Positions 17,434 to 24,404 are shown, counted from the stretch's first letter. The stretch: 32,000 bases of DNA from Planctomycetales bacterium (GCA_022646745.1 CP060262.1:2760001-2792000); one strand, 5' to 3'. Program-made: numbers and translations. Notes: generated by a model not told the origin, from the letters alone.

Positions 17434-18594
17434 GTGAAGATTGCTCTTGTGACCGGCAGCGCGGGGGACACGCATTGCGGTGTCGGGGACTATACCTACG
17501 AACTGGCCCAGCACCTGGCCCTGGATGCCGAGGTGCACCTTTACTTCTCCAGGGACCATGGCCCGGTCAAAAAGCCCTATGAGAAGCTGCATTCGCTGTT
17601 CCTGCATCCGCTGGACGGTTTCAGCATGCTCAGCCTGCCGGCCATCAAGAAGGAGCTGGTGAACGGGCAGTACGACATCGTGCACATCCAGTACCCTTCC
17701 AAGGGCTTTGGCAAGTCGCTGCTGCCAGGCTACCTGCCGGAGAACTTGGCCGGCATGAATTCGCGTTCACGAATCGCCGTCACCCTGCATGAGTGGTCCA
17801 CCAGCCATCCGCTGCGCAAGCTGGTGATCGACCAGATGATCCCGCGCACCGACCTGTTCTTCGTCACCAATGAGGCGGAGATGATGGCGGTCTCGAAACG
17901 CACGAAGGACCGCACGATCATCGCCATCCCGGTTGGCAACGTGCTGGACAGCCAGCGGGAGCTGGCCGATGTCTGGAACGAGGCCGAGGGCAAGCCGCTG
18001 ATTGGCTGGCCTGAAGTGCAGGGGCCCGCCACTCGTGAACCATGGAGCATCTTCCACTACGGCCTGCCCGCAAAGGGCAAGGGCTTCAAGAAGATGCTGG
18101 AAGCTATGCATGTGATGCGCGAGGCCGGCAAGAAGCCGATCCTCTACCTCGGCGGTGAGTTCCCGGAGGGCAGTAGCCTGCGTGAGCACGTGCTCGGGCT
18201 GATCACTGAGTTCGAACTGACGGACGCCGTGGTGCGCGTCGGGCATATCCCGCAGGACAAGCTGGCGCAGTTCGCCACCCGCTGCATGGTCGGCGTGTTC
18301 CCCTTCGCCGAGGGCTTCTCATCCAAGCGCTCCAGTGTCGCCAGCATTTCGCACCTCGAGCTGCCGCTCGTGGTCGGCCACGGCAGCACGGAGGAGCATC
18401 CCTACTATGCCCCGGATGAGAACAATCCGACCTCGCTGGCCGTCATGCTGATCGACCTGCTGTCGGGCAGGCTTGAAAAGGAGTGGAATGAGGTGATTGC
18501 GCGCCAGCGGGACTTCGCCAGGCGCTTCAGCTTCACCAATGTGGCCTCCAGCCACCTGGACATGTACAACAAGATCCGCAAGCTCGATACATGA
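17434..18594 (+). CDS. Glycosyltransferase family 4 (GT-B, group 1)
   Basis: 386 aa. N-terminus MKIALVTGSAGDTHCGVGDYTYELAQHL is typical of GT4. C-terminal FPFAEGFSSKRSS resembles a degenerate EX7E region. The stop overlaps the next start (ATGA). Confidence 0.8.
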   Translation: MKIALVTGSAGDTHCGVGDYTYELAQHLALDAEVHLYFSRDHGPVKKPYEKLHSLFLHPLDGFSMLSLPAIKKELVNGQYDIVHIQYPSKGFGKSLLPGYLPENLAGMNSRSRIAVTLHEWSTSHPLRKLVIDQMIPRTDLFFVTNEAEMMAVSKRTKDRTIIAIPVGNVLDSQRELADVWNEAEGKPLIGWPEVQGPATREPWSIFHYGLPAKGKGFKKMLEAMHVMREAGKKPILYLGGEFPEGSSLREHVLGLITEFELTDAVVRVGHIPQDKLAQFATRCMVGVFPFAEGFSSKRSSVASISHLELPLVVGHGSTEEHPYYAPDENNPTSLAVMLIDLLSGRLEKEWNEVIARQRDFARRFSFTNVASSHLDMYNKIRKLDT

Positions 18595-20042
18595 GCCGGC
18601 GCCTGCTTGCAGTGCTGCTCGGCCTGGCCTGCCTGCTTGGCGGGCGTGCTTCGTTCGCGCAGGAGGCGGACTGGATCCGCTTGCCGGACACAATACCCGA
18701 TATACCGCGCAATGAGCGCATGGCCGTGCTCAACCCGGATCCTGTCAACACCTCATGGGCTGAGCCGGGACACCATCCGCTCGGCATCCACCTTGACAAC
18801 TATGAGCTGACGCGCCAGCAGGTGGAGGTGGCACGCGAGACCGGCTGCCGGCTGGTGCGCCTCAGCATCCCGATGGAGGCCTTCCAGGGCGAGGCTGACG
18901 AGGACTGGGCGATGCTCGACCAGGTTGTCAGCCGGCTCAGCCGCGACGGCTTCGAGGTGCTGCCGGTGCTGACAGCAGTCAGTGCCAGCCGGGACTTCTA
19001 CACCGACTTCTGCCGCCAGATTGCCGAGCGCTATGGCGCGACCTTTGACAACTACCAGATCCTTGACGACATCAACTTCAAGATCGGCATCCAGAGCAAG
19101 GACTACATCGAGCTGCTGAAGTACAGCCGCGAGGCGATCCGCACGGTCGACCCGGATGCACGCATCGTCTGCGCCGGCATCCGCGGCTCCGACCTGACCT
19201 TCCTGCAGATGCTGGAGGACGGGGGCGGGATGGACAGCATCGACGTGCTGGCCTTCAACCTGTTCCCGCCGGCGGATGGCATCGAGCACATCTCGCGCCG
19301 CACCCGCTCGCAGCATTCACTGCTCTACATGCAGGAGATCATGGAGTGGTGCCACGCGCGCGGCAAGCCGGTCTGGGTCACCTCGCTCGGCTTCAGCACC
19401 AGCTACGACATCACCGACATCGGCGTCGACCAGGTGCAGCAGGCCAGCGCCTACGCGCGAGCCGTGCTGTTCCTTGGCTGGCTCGGGGTGGAGCGCATCA
19501 TCATCGCAGCCATCCAGGACAGCGATGCCAGCATGCTGCGCCCGGCACAGTGCTGCGGCCTGATTGACGGCATGGGCAACTACAAGGCCAGCTACTTCGC
19601 GCTGCGCACATTGAACCAGACCATCCAGAATGGCTACCAGGTGCTGCCGGACTTCCGCTACAGCGTGCAGATCTTCGAGCAGCCCGAGGCCTATGACGTG
19701 CTGATGTCGCAGGAATTCTCCAGCGAGCTGGACATCAACCCGATCCAGTCCTTCCGCGTCTATCCGGACCCGCGCGACCTGTTCGGCTTCTGGTTCTACA
19801 TGCCGGAGGAACAGCAGTACCGCCTGATATATTGGATCAGCTCCGATGCAGTGTTCGCCCGCAAGCTGTCGCTGACCATCAAGCCGCGAGTGCTGGAACC
19901 CAACCTGCGCTACCAGTTGCTTGATGTGGGGACGGCCCCGGTGGAAGATGAGGGAGCGCGTAATTTCCTGAGGATGCAGTTCCTTCCATTGAGCTCGATT
20001 CCGTCCGTCCTGCAGTTCGAGGTGAATGAAAATGGCCGCTAG
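18591..20042 (+). CDS. Secreted TIM-barrel glycoside-hydrolase-like protein (clan GH-A-like; function uncertain)
   Basis: 483 aa. Signal peptide MSRRLLAVLLGLACLLGGRASFA/QE. The alternating strand/helix pattern and blocks such as VRLSIPMEAF, YQILDDINF and KPVWVTSLGFS resemble beta4/beta7 regions of GH5/GH39-type barrels. Embedded between two GT4 genes with overlapping stops and starts. Confidence 0.5.
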   Translation: MSRRLLAVLLGLACLLGGRASFAQEADWIRLPDTIPDIPRNERMAVLNPDPVNTSWAEPGHHPLGIHLDNYELTRQQVEVARETGCRLVRLSIPMEAFQGEADEDWAMLDQVVSRLSRDGFEVLPVLTAVSASRDFYTDFCRQIAERYGATFDNYQILDDINFKIGIQSKDYIELLKYSREAIRTVDPDARIVCAGIRGSDLTFLQMLEDGGGMDSIDVLAFNLFPPADGIEHISRRTRSQHSLLYMQEIMEWCHARGKPVWVTSLGFSTSYDITDIGVDQVQQASAYARAVLFLGWLGVERIIIAAIQDSDASMLRPAQCCGLIDGMGNYKASYFALRTLNQTIQNGYQVLPDFRYSVQIFEQPEAYDVLMSQEFSSELDINPIQSFRVYPDPRDLFGFWFYMPEEQQYRLIYWISSDAVFARKLSLTIKPRVLEPNLRYQLLDVGTAPVEDEGARNFLRMQFLPLSSIPSVLQFEVNENGR

Positions 20043-21135
20043 GCCCCGCATTGCGCTGGTGCATGACTGGGTCACGACCTTCGGCGGAGCCGAACGCTGC
20101 CTGATCCTGCTGCACCAGATGTTCCCGGAAGCCCCGATCTTCACACTGGTGCATGACCGCTCCACCTCCCCGCCGGAGCTGGACAATGCCACCATCATCA
20201 CCTCGCCGCTGCAGCGCCTGCCCGGTGCCACGCGCAACTGGCAGCGCTACCTGCCCCTGATGCCATACAGCATCGAGCAGCTGGACCTGCGCGGCTACGA
20301 CCTCGTGATCTCATCCAGCCATGCCGTTGCCAAGGGTGTGCTGACCCACAGCGGCCAGCGCCACCTGTGCTACTGCTACACCCCGATGCGCTACGTCTGG
20401 GACCTCTACCAGACCTATCTCGAGCATACCCGGCTCAGCCCGCTGGCGGGCAAGGCCTTCCGCTGGAGCGCGCACTACCTGCGGATGTGGGACCTGCAGA
20501 GTGCGCAGCGCGTTGACAAGTTCATCGCGATCTCCGGCACGATCCAGCAGCGCATCCGCCGCATCTACGGCCGCGAGGCCCCGGTGGTGTTCCCGCCTGT
20601 TGACACCGACTACTTCGTGCCGGACATGCACGGCCAGCGCGACTATTACCTCGCGGTCAGCCGCTTCGTGCCCTACAAGCGCCTGGACCTCGTGATCGAG
20701 ACATTCAACAACCGCCAGGAGAAGCTGCTGGTGGTTGGCGACGGCCCGCTCGGAGGCCGCATGCGCAGGATGGCGAAGCGCAATGTCGAGTTCATCGGCG
20801 CGGTCAGTGACGAGGAACTGCGTGTGCTGTACCAGAACTGCCGCGCACTTGTGTTCCCCGCCGAGGAGGACTTCGGCATCATCCCGGTGGAGGCCCAGGC
20901 CTGCGGCCGCCCGGTGGTGGCGCTTGGCAAGGGTGGCACGGCGGAGACCGTGGTGGACGGCGTGACCGGTGTGCTGTTCCCGGAGCAGACCCCGCAGGCG
21001 CTGGACGGCGCAATTGACGCACTCGAGCGCGGCAGCTTCGACAGCGCGCGCATCCGCGAGCATGCCCAGCGCTTCGACAAGAAGGTGTTCGTTGCCAAGA
21101 TGCAGGCCGCCGCGCGCTACCTGCTGGAAAGCTGA
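20026..21135 (+). CDS. Glycosyltransferase family 4 (GT-B, group 1)
   Basis: 369 aa. RIALVHDWVTTFGGAERCL at the N-terminus. EX7E motif EEDFGIIPVEAQACGRPVVA. Overlaps the preceding stop by 17 nt (alternative ATG at 20032). Confidence 0.85.
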   Translation: MKMAARPRIALVHDWVTTFGGAERCLILLHQMFPEAPIFTLVHDRSTSPPELDNATIITSPLQRLPGATRNWQRYLPLMPYSIEQLDLRGYDLVISSSHAVAKGVLTHSGQRHLCYCYTPMRYVWDLYQTYLEHTRLSPLAGKAFRWSAHYLRMWDLQSAQRVDKFIAISGTIQQRIRRIYGREAPVVFPPVDTDYFVPDMHGQRDYYLAVSRFVPYKRLDLVIETFNNRQEKLLVVGDGPLGGRMRRMAKRNVEFIGAVSDEELRVLYQNCRALVFPAEEDFGIIPVEAQACGRPVVALGKGGTAETVVDGVTGVLFPEQTPQALDGAIDALERGSFDSARIREHAQRFDKKVFVAKMQAAARYLLES

Positions 21136-21151
21136 AGCGGCGCTCCCGCTC

Positions 21152-21160
21152 TGTTACAAT
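21152..21160 (+). promoter_or_regulatory. Extended -10 promoter candidate for 21198..21890
   Basis: TGtTACAAT. The leader contains the 7-bp hairpin gtcccgc-tgcg-gcgggac (21169-21186) and then SD GGAGG. Confidence 0.35.
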
Positions 21161-21197
21161 CGGCTCAGGTCCCGCTGCGGCGGGACGGGGAGGAGCG

Positions 21198-21890
21198 ATG
21201 CACCGACTGCCAGCAATCTGCCTGCTTGTGATGCTTGCCTGCACTGTCATGGCGCATGCCGCGGCTGACTACGACGGCTGGTGGCCGGATCCCTACGAAG
21301 TGGCGGATGAGCAGCAGCAGGCCGAGCGCAACCAGCGCAACGATGAACTGACACCAGAGCAGCGCCGGGCCCTGCATGAGTACCTGGCCAAGCATGCCGA
21401 TCGTGATGGCGATGGCGATTTCGATGCCGACGACATCCAGCAGTTCGAGCGCACCGGTGAGCTGAGCATGCTGCGCGACGGTGACCTGATGGGCGGCTAC
21501 TTCGGCAGTGGTGATGAGTTCATCCGCGACGGGGTGGAGCATGAGGTGAACGGCGGGCGCTACCTGCGTGATTCGATGAACCATGAGCAGCGCCGGGATA
21601 GCGATAGGGCAGGGGATGGTGAGCGCGTTGCCAAGCTGGACCTGTTCGGCATGCGCGGCTTCCTCAGTGACGAGGGCACTTACTCGAACCCGAACGAGGA
21701 TGCCGCCACCAGCCAGTTCATCCACTGGCGCCTGCAGGTGGCCCAGCTGCTGCCGGGCTATATCCCGCCGGCGGACTACACCGAGCTGCTGCAGAAGATT
21801 GAATCCGAAGGGCAGGGCAGTGACAAGCCGAAGGATGAACCGAAGCACCAGCCACGGAAGGATGACAACGACCCGACCGTGTGGTGGTAG
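21198..21890 (+). CDS. Secreted acidic protein with an EF-hand-like calcium-binding loop
   Basis: 230 aa. Signal peptide MHRLPAICLLVMLACTVMAHA/AA. DRDGDGDFDADD fits the 12-residue DxDxDG EF-hand loop. Good GC3 bias and SD. Preferred over the overlapping antisense ORF 21165..21920. Confidence 0.65.
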   Translation: MHRLPAICLLVMLACTVMAHAAADYDGWWPDPYEVADEQQQAERNQRNDELTPEQRRALHEYLAKHADRDGDGDFDADDIQQFERTGELSMLRDGDLMGGYFGSGDEFIRDGVEHEVNGGRYLRDSMNHEQRRDSDRAGDGERVAKLDLFGMRGFLSDEGTYSNPNEDAATSQFIHWRLQVAQLLPGYIPPADYTELLQKIESEGQGSDKPKDEPKHQPRKDDNDPTVWW

Positions 21891-22033
21891 GAGGTCCGGC
21901 GCGAGCCGGGCTCTGGCCACAGGCCTGGGGCCTACTCAAGTTCTGTCTCAATCTCAATGGCACCGAACAAAGGCCTGCGCCCAGAGCCCTGCGGCCTTAT
22001 ACGCCTGTGCCCAGCTCCCAGTGGCCAGAAGAA

Positions 22034-22130
22034 AGCAATGAGCAATGAAGACGGAGCAATGAGCGTGAAAGGCAGCGAGATGAGCTCCGCCTGAGTTTGA
22101 CTCATTGCTCCCTACTCATTCTTCATTACT
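22034..22130. repeat. Inverted-repeat element 1 (GAGCAATGA / TCATTGCTC arms)
   Basis: ggagcaatgag (22053-22063) pairs perfectly with ctcattgctcc (22101-22111). Further aatga/tcatt segments (22044-48 with 22116-20; 22037-42 with 22122-27) extend the hairpin across symmetric internal loops. Confidence 0.8.
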
Positions 22131-22145
22131 CCCATGTTAATTTAT

Positions 22146-22173
22146 TTGACTGATTTTCCCTACAAAGGATAAT
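22146..22173 (+). promoter_or_regulatory. Near-consensus sigma70 promoter with no associated ORF
   Basis: TTGACT (22146-22151), 16-nt spacer, GATAAT (22168-22173), in the only AT-rich patch of the island. No start codon or SD lies in the expected position downstream. Confidence 0.5.
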
Positions 22174-22179
22174 ACCTAA

Positions 22180-22600
22180 CATCAAGCGCTTGATTGGTGC
22201 TGTGCCGGGCAACCAGCATGGCAGGCCGGATGGACTACGACGCCCGGCCGGGGATTCCCAGTCCCGGAGGCACTGCGAAGCTGTGCCATTGGAGCTGCGG
22301 CGCAAGCCGCACAACCGAGGCCAAGCTGTTAGCTTGGCTGGAAGGCGATGAGCAATGACGAATGAGCAATGAGCCTGACAAGGATCGGAGATGACCTCGA
22401 CCGCCAGAATTTTCATTGCTCACTCAACAAAACTCATTGCTCGACGGAGTGCCGGTTTATCCGGCGTGGCCATGTGGCCTTCGGGCCACACTCCGGATCC
22501 TTTGGAGGTCTGGCGGCAAGCCAGGCGCGGGGGTCTAGCGCAAGCTCGGCTCGGAAGTCTGACGCGAGTCAGGCACGTAATCCAGGCTGCAAGCCTGGCA
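22180..22600 (+). ncRNA. Candidate structured non-coding transcript (family not recognised)
   Basis: Downstream of the orphan promoter. It contains at least seven perfect stems, several capped by GCAA, GCGA or UUCG tetraloops, and a junction-like module at 22446-22494. There is no credible ORF. The 3' end is undefined. Confidence 0.25.
22349..22443. repeat. Inverted-repeat element 2 (GAGCAATGA / TCATTGCTC arms)
   Basis: tgagcaatga (22363-22372) pairs with tcattgctca (22413-22422). gagcaatga (22350-22358) pairs with tcattgctc (22434-22442). The loop is 40 nt. Confidence 0.8.
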
Positions 22601-22604
22601 ATCA

Positions 22605-22743
22605 GGCAATGAGGATTGAGCAATCAGCAATGATCCTCGGGGGTGACGAGAAGGAAAAACACAAGCTATCTGAGCAGTGCAAACACTGAATGAGATCCGA
22701 ATTGCAGCATGAACTCATAGCTCACTCTTCATCACTCATTGCT
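22605..22743. repeat. Inverted-repeat element 3 (degenerate GAGCAATGA / TCATTGCTC arms)
   Basis: gcaatgag (22606-22613) pairs with ctcattgc (22735-22742). agcaatga (22626-22633) pairs with tcatagct (22715-22722) at 7 of 8 positions. The ~80-nt loop is longer than in elements 1 and 2. Confidence 0.65.
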
Positions 22744-22805
22744 AACTGCCCACTGCCCACTGACTACGGACCACTGTCCCCCCGCGCCAGCGGGCAACTC
22801 TGCTC

Positions 22806-22849
22806 ATCCCCCATCCCCCATCCCCCATCCCCGGATTTCCCCCTCCCCC
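22806..22849. repeat. C5-tract array / heptamer tandem repeat (G-quadruplex motif on the minus strand)
   Basis: (ATCCCCC)x3 plus ATCCCC at 22806-22832, then CCCCC-T-CCCCC at 22839-22849. That is six C-runs of 4-5 nt, 33-76 nt upstream of the pyrH ATG. Confidence 0.9.
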
Positions 22850-22869
22850 GACCGACTTTCCACCAGTGC

Positions 22870-22875
22870 TATTAT
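22870..22875 (+). promoter_or_regulatory. -10 hexamer 6 nt upstream of the pyrH ATG (leaderless-type promoter candidate)
   Basis: TATTAT, then tccggc, then ATG (22882). No SD. Confidence 0.4.
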
Positions 22876-22881
22876 TCCGGC

Positions 22882-23610
22882 ATGCTGTACCGCAGGATCA
22901 TCCTCAAGATGTCGGGTGAAGCTCTCAAGGGCAACCTTGATTCCGGCATCGCGCCAGGTGAGCTGACCCATTACGCCGCCGAAGTGCGCAAGGTGCTGGA
23001 GACCGGCGCCCAGGTCGCGCTCGTGATCGGCGGTGGCAACATCATCCGCGGCGCGGAGATTGCTGAGAAGGGCATGGACCGCGCCAACGCTGACTACATG
23101 GGCATGCTGGGCACAGTGATCAACGCGATGGCTCTGCAGGATGTGCTGGAGCAGAGCGGGGTCTACACCCGCGTGATGTCAGCCATCCACATGGAGGCGG
23201 TGGCCGAGCCCTACATCCGCCGCCGCGCAATCCGCCACCTTGAGAAGGGCCGCGTCGTGATTTTCGCGGCCGGCACCGGCAACCCCTACTTCTCCACCGA
23301 TACCGCCGCCGCCCTGCGCGCCTGTGAGATCGGGGCGGACGTGTTCATCAAGGGCACCCGCGTGGACGGCATCTACACCGCCGATCCGGAGCTGGACCCG
23401 ACGGCCCGGCGTTACAGCGAACTGAGCTTCCAGGAAGCGATCGAGAAGAACCTCAAGGTGCTCGACGGCCCGGCCTTCGTGATGTGCCGTGACAACAACC
23501 TGCCGATCGTCGTCGCCGACGTGACAACCCCCGGCCGGCTGGTCGAGGTGGTGCAGGGGCATGGCATCTGCACCACGGTGCGCAATGTCGAGCGCAGCAG
23601 CATGGCCTGA
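22882..23610 (+). CDS. pyrH: UMP kinase
   Basis: Start moved to Met65 of the track [20 protein letters not shown]...[13 protein letters not shown]...[16 protein letters not shown]...[20 protein letters not shown] are canonical PyrH blocks. The 64 upstream codons of the track ORF cover the repeat island and are low-complexity. Confidence 0.92.
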   Translation: MLYRRIILKMSGEALKGNLDSGIAPGELTHYAAEVRKVLETGAQVALVIGGGNIIRGAEIAEKGMDRANADYMGMLGTVINAMALQDVLEQSGVYTRVMSAIHMEAVAEPYIRRRAIRHLEKGRVVIFAAGTGNPYFSTDTAAALRACEIGADVFIKGTRVDGIYTADPELDPTARRYSELSFQEAIEKNLKVLDGPAFVMCRDNNLPIVVADVTTPGRLVEVVQGHGICTTVRNVERSSMA

Positions 23611-23615
23611 TCACC

Positions 23616-23621
23616 GATAAT
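23616..23621 (+). promoter_or_regulatory. -10 hexamer 6 nt upstream of the pyrK ATG (leaderless-type promoter candidate)
   Basis: GATAAT, then agacat, then ATG (23628). No SD. Confidence 0.4.
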
Positions 23622-23627
23622 AGACAT

Positions 23628-24404
23628 ATGCACTTCGAGCGCTGCACGGTAACCGCCAACGAGGAATACGGCCCGGGACACTGGGTCATCTCACTGCGCT
23701 CCGGGCAGGACCTGTCCGGCATCCAGGCCGGTGAATTCCTCAACCTGCAGTGCGACCCGGAGGACAGCTGGTCGCTGCTGCGCCCCCTGTCAATCCTCGG
23801 CGTGGACCTCGCTGCCAACACGATGCTGGTCTACTACAAGCACCTCGGCCGCATGAGCCGCGCGCTGTCCAGCGTGCAAGCCGGAGAAGCACTCAACGTG
23901 CTGTTCCCGCTCGGCGGCCGCTTCCCGGTTGACATGTCGCACCGGCGCATCGCCCTGATCGGCGGTGGTGTCGGCCTGGCCCCGCTGCTGTTCCTCGCGA
24001 AGCAGCTCGAGGATAGCGGGATGGAAATCGATGCCTACTTCGGCGGAGCCTCGAAACCGGACCTCGTGCTGCGCATGCTCGAACCCTACAACTGCAACAT
24101 GATCCTGTCCACTGACGACGGCAGCCATGGCTACCGTGGCAACTGCGTGGACTGCTACTTTGACAGCGGCCGCAGCCACGATGCGATCTACACCTGCGGC
24201 CCGAACCCGATGATGAATGCGCTCAAGGCGCGGCTGGATGGCAGCGTGCCCTGCTGGGCCAGCCTTGAGGAATACATGGCCTGCGGTGTCGGTGCCTGCC
24301 TCGGTTGCGCCACGCATATTGACAACGCCGACAAGCGTGCCAACGAGACCGTCTGCAAGAAGGGCCCGGTGTTCGACCTCTCGAAGGTGGTGTTTCACCA
24401 CTGA
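23628..24404 (+). CDS. pyrK: Dihydroorotate dehydrogenase (type 1B) electron-transfer subunit-like ferredoxin reductase
   Basis: 258 aa. LRPLSI (FAD-binding RPFSI-like), IGGGVGLAPL (NAD-binding), C-terminal 2Fe-2S cysteines MACGVGACLGCA...VCKKGPVF. Confidence 0.8.
   Translation: MHFERCTVTANEEYGPGHWVISLRSGQDLSGIQAGEFLNLQCDPEDSWSLLRPLSILGVDLAANTMLVYYKHLGRMSRALSSVQAGEALNVLFPLGGRFPVDMSHRRIALIGGGVGLAPLLFLAKQLEDSGMEIDAYFGGASKPDLVLRMLEPYNCNMILSTDDGSHGYRGNCVDCYFDSGRSHDAIYTCGPNPMMNALKARLDGSVPCWASLEEYMACGVGACLGCATHIDNADKRANETVCKKGPVFDLSKVVFHH

Noticed and set aside
21165-21920. 251-aa minus-strand ORF overlapping the EF-hand-like gene.
   Set aside because: The plus-strand frame has a signal peptide, an SD, an EF-hand-like loop and better third-position GC bias. 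The minus-strand product is low-complexity with no start context.
22038-22690. Mini-ORFs created by the repeat arms: MSNEDGAMSVKGSEMSSA, MSNDE, MSNEPDKDRR and a 26-aa MRIEQSAMILGG... peptide.
   Set aside because: The ATG and TGA codons are intrinsic to the GAGCAATGA repeat unit. None of the mini-ORFs has an SD and the peptides are not conserved between copies, so they are most simply by-products of the repeat sequence.
22034-22743. CRISPR array interpretation of the GAGCAATGA repeats.
   Set aside because: The units are only ~9 nt and occur in both orientations as hairpin arms. Spacing is irregular (4 to 80 nt). There are no 25-40-nt direct repeats and no cas genes.
22700-22750. Integron attC site or other site-specific recombination site at the inverted repeats.
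   Set aside because: There are no RYYYAAC/GTTRRRY core pairs in the right geometry, and no integrase or recombinase gene in the window.
22690-22881. 64-codon N-terminal extension of pyrH in the ORF track (and the track ORFs 22369..22689 +, 22126..22416 -, 22391..22612 +, 22420..22623 -).
   Set aside because: The extension runs through the inverted-repeat element, the heptamer repeats and the C-tract array, giving low-complexity P/S/H-rich sequence. Canonical PyrH homology starts at [13 protein letters not shown], and a -10 box sits 6 nt upstream of that ATG. The other island ORFs have no motifs and overlap the hairpins.
22180-22881. Known RNA families in the island: RNase P RNA, tmRNA, SRP/4.5S RNA, 6S RNA, T-box, TPP, cobalamin or ZTP riboswitches, PyrR attenuator, hammerhead or twister ribozymes, group II intron domain V.
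   Set aside because: I looked by eye for each diagnostic core and found none: GAGGAAAGUCCGGGC, the tag ORF plus 3' CCA tRNA-like end, GGAA/AGCA domain IV loops, the T-box AGGGUGGNACCGCG, CUGAGA...ACCUGA, the B12 box, the PyrR UCCAGAGAGG loop, and CUGAUGA...GAAA. This is only a visual check and needs cmscan.
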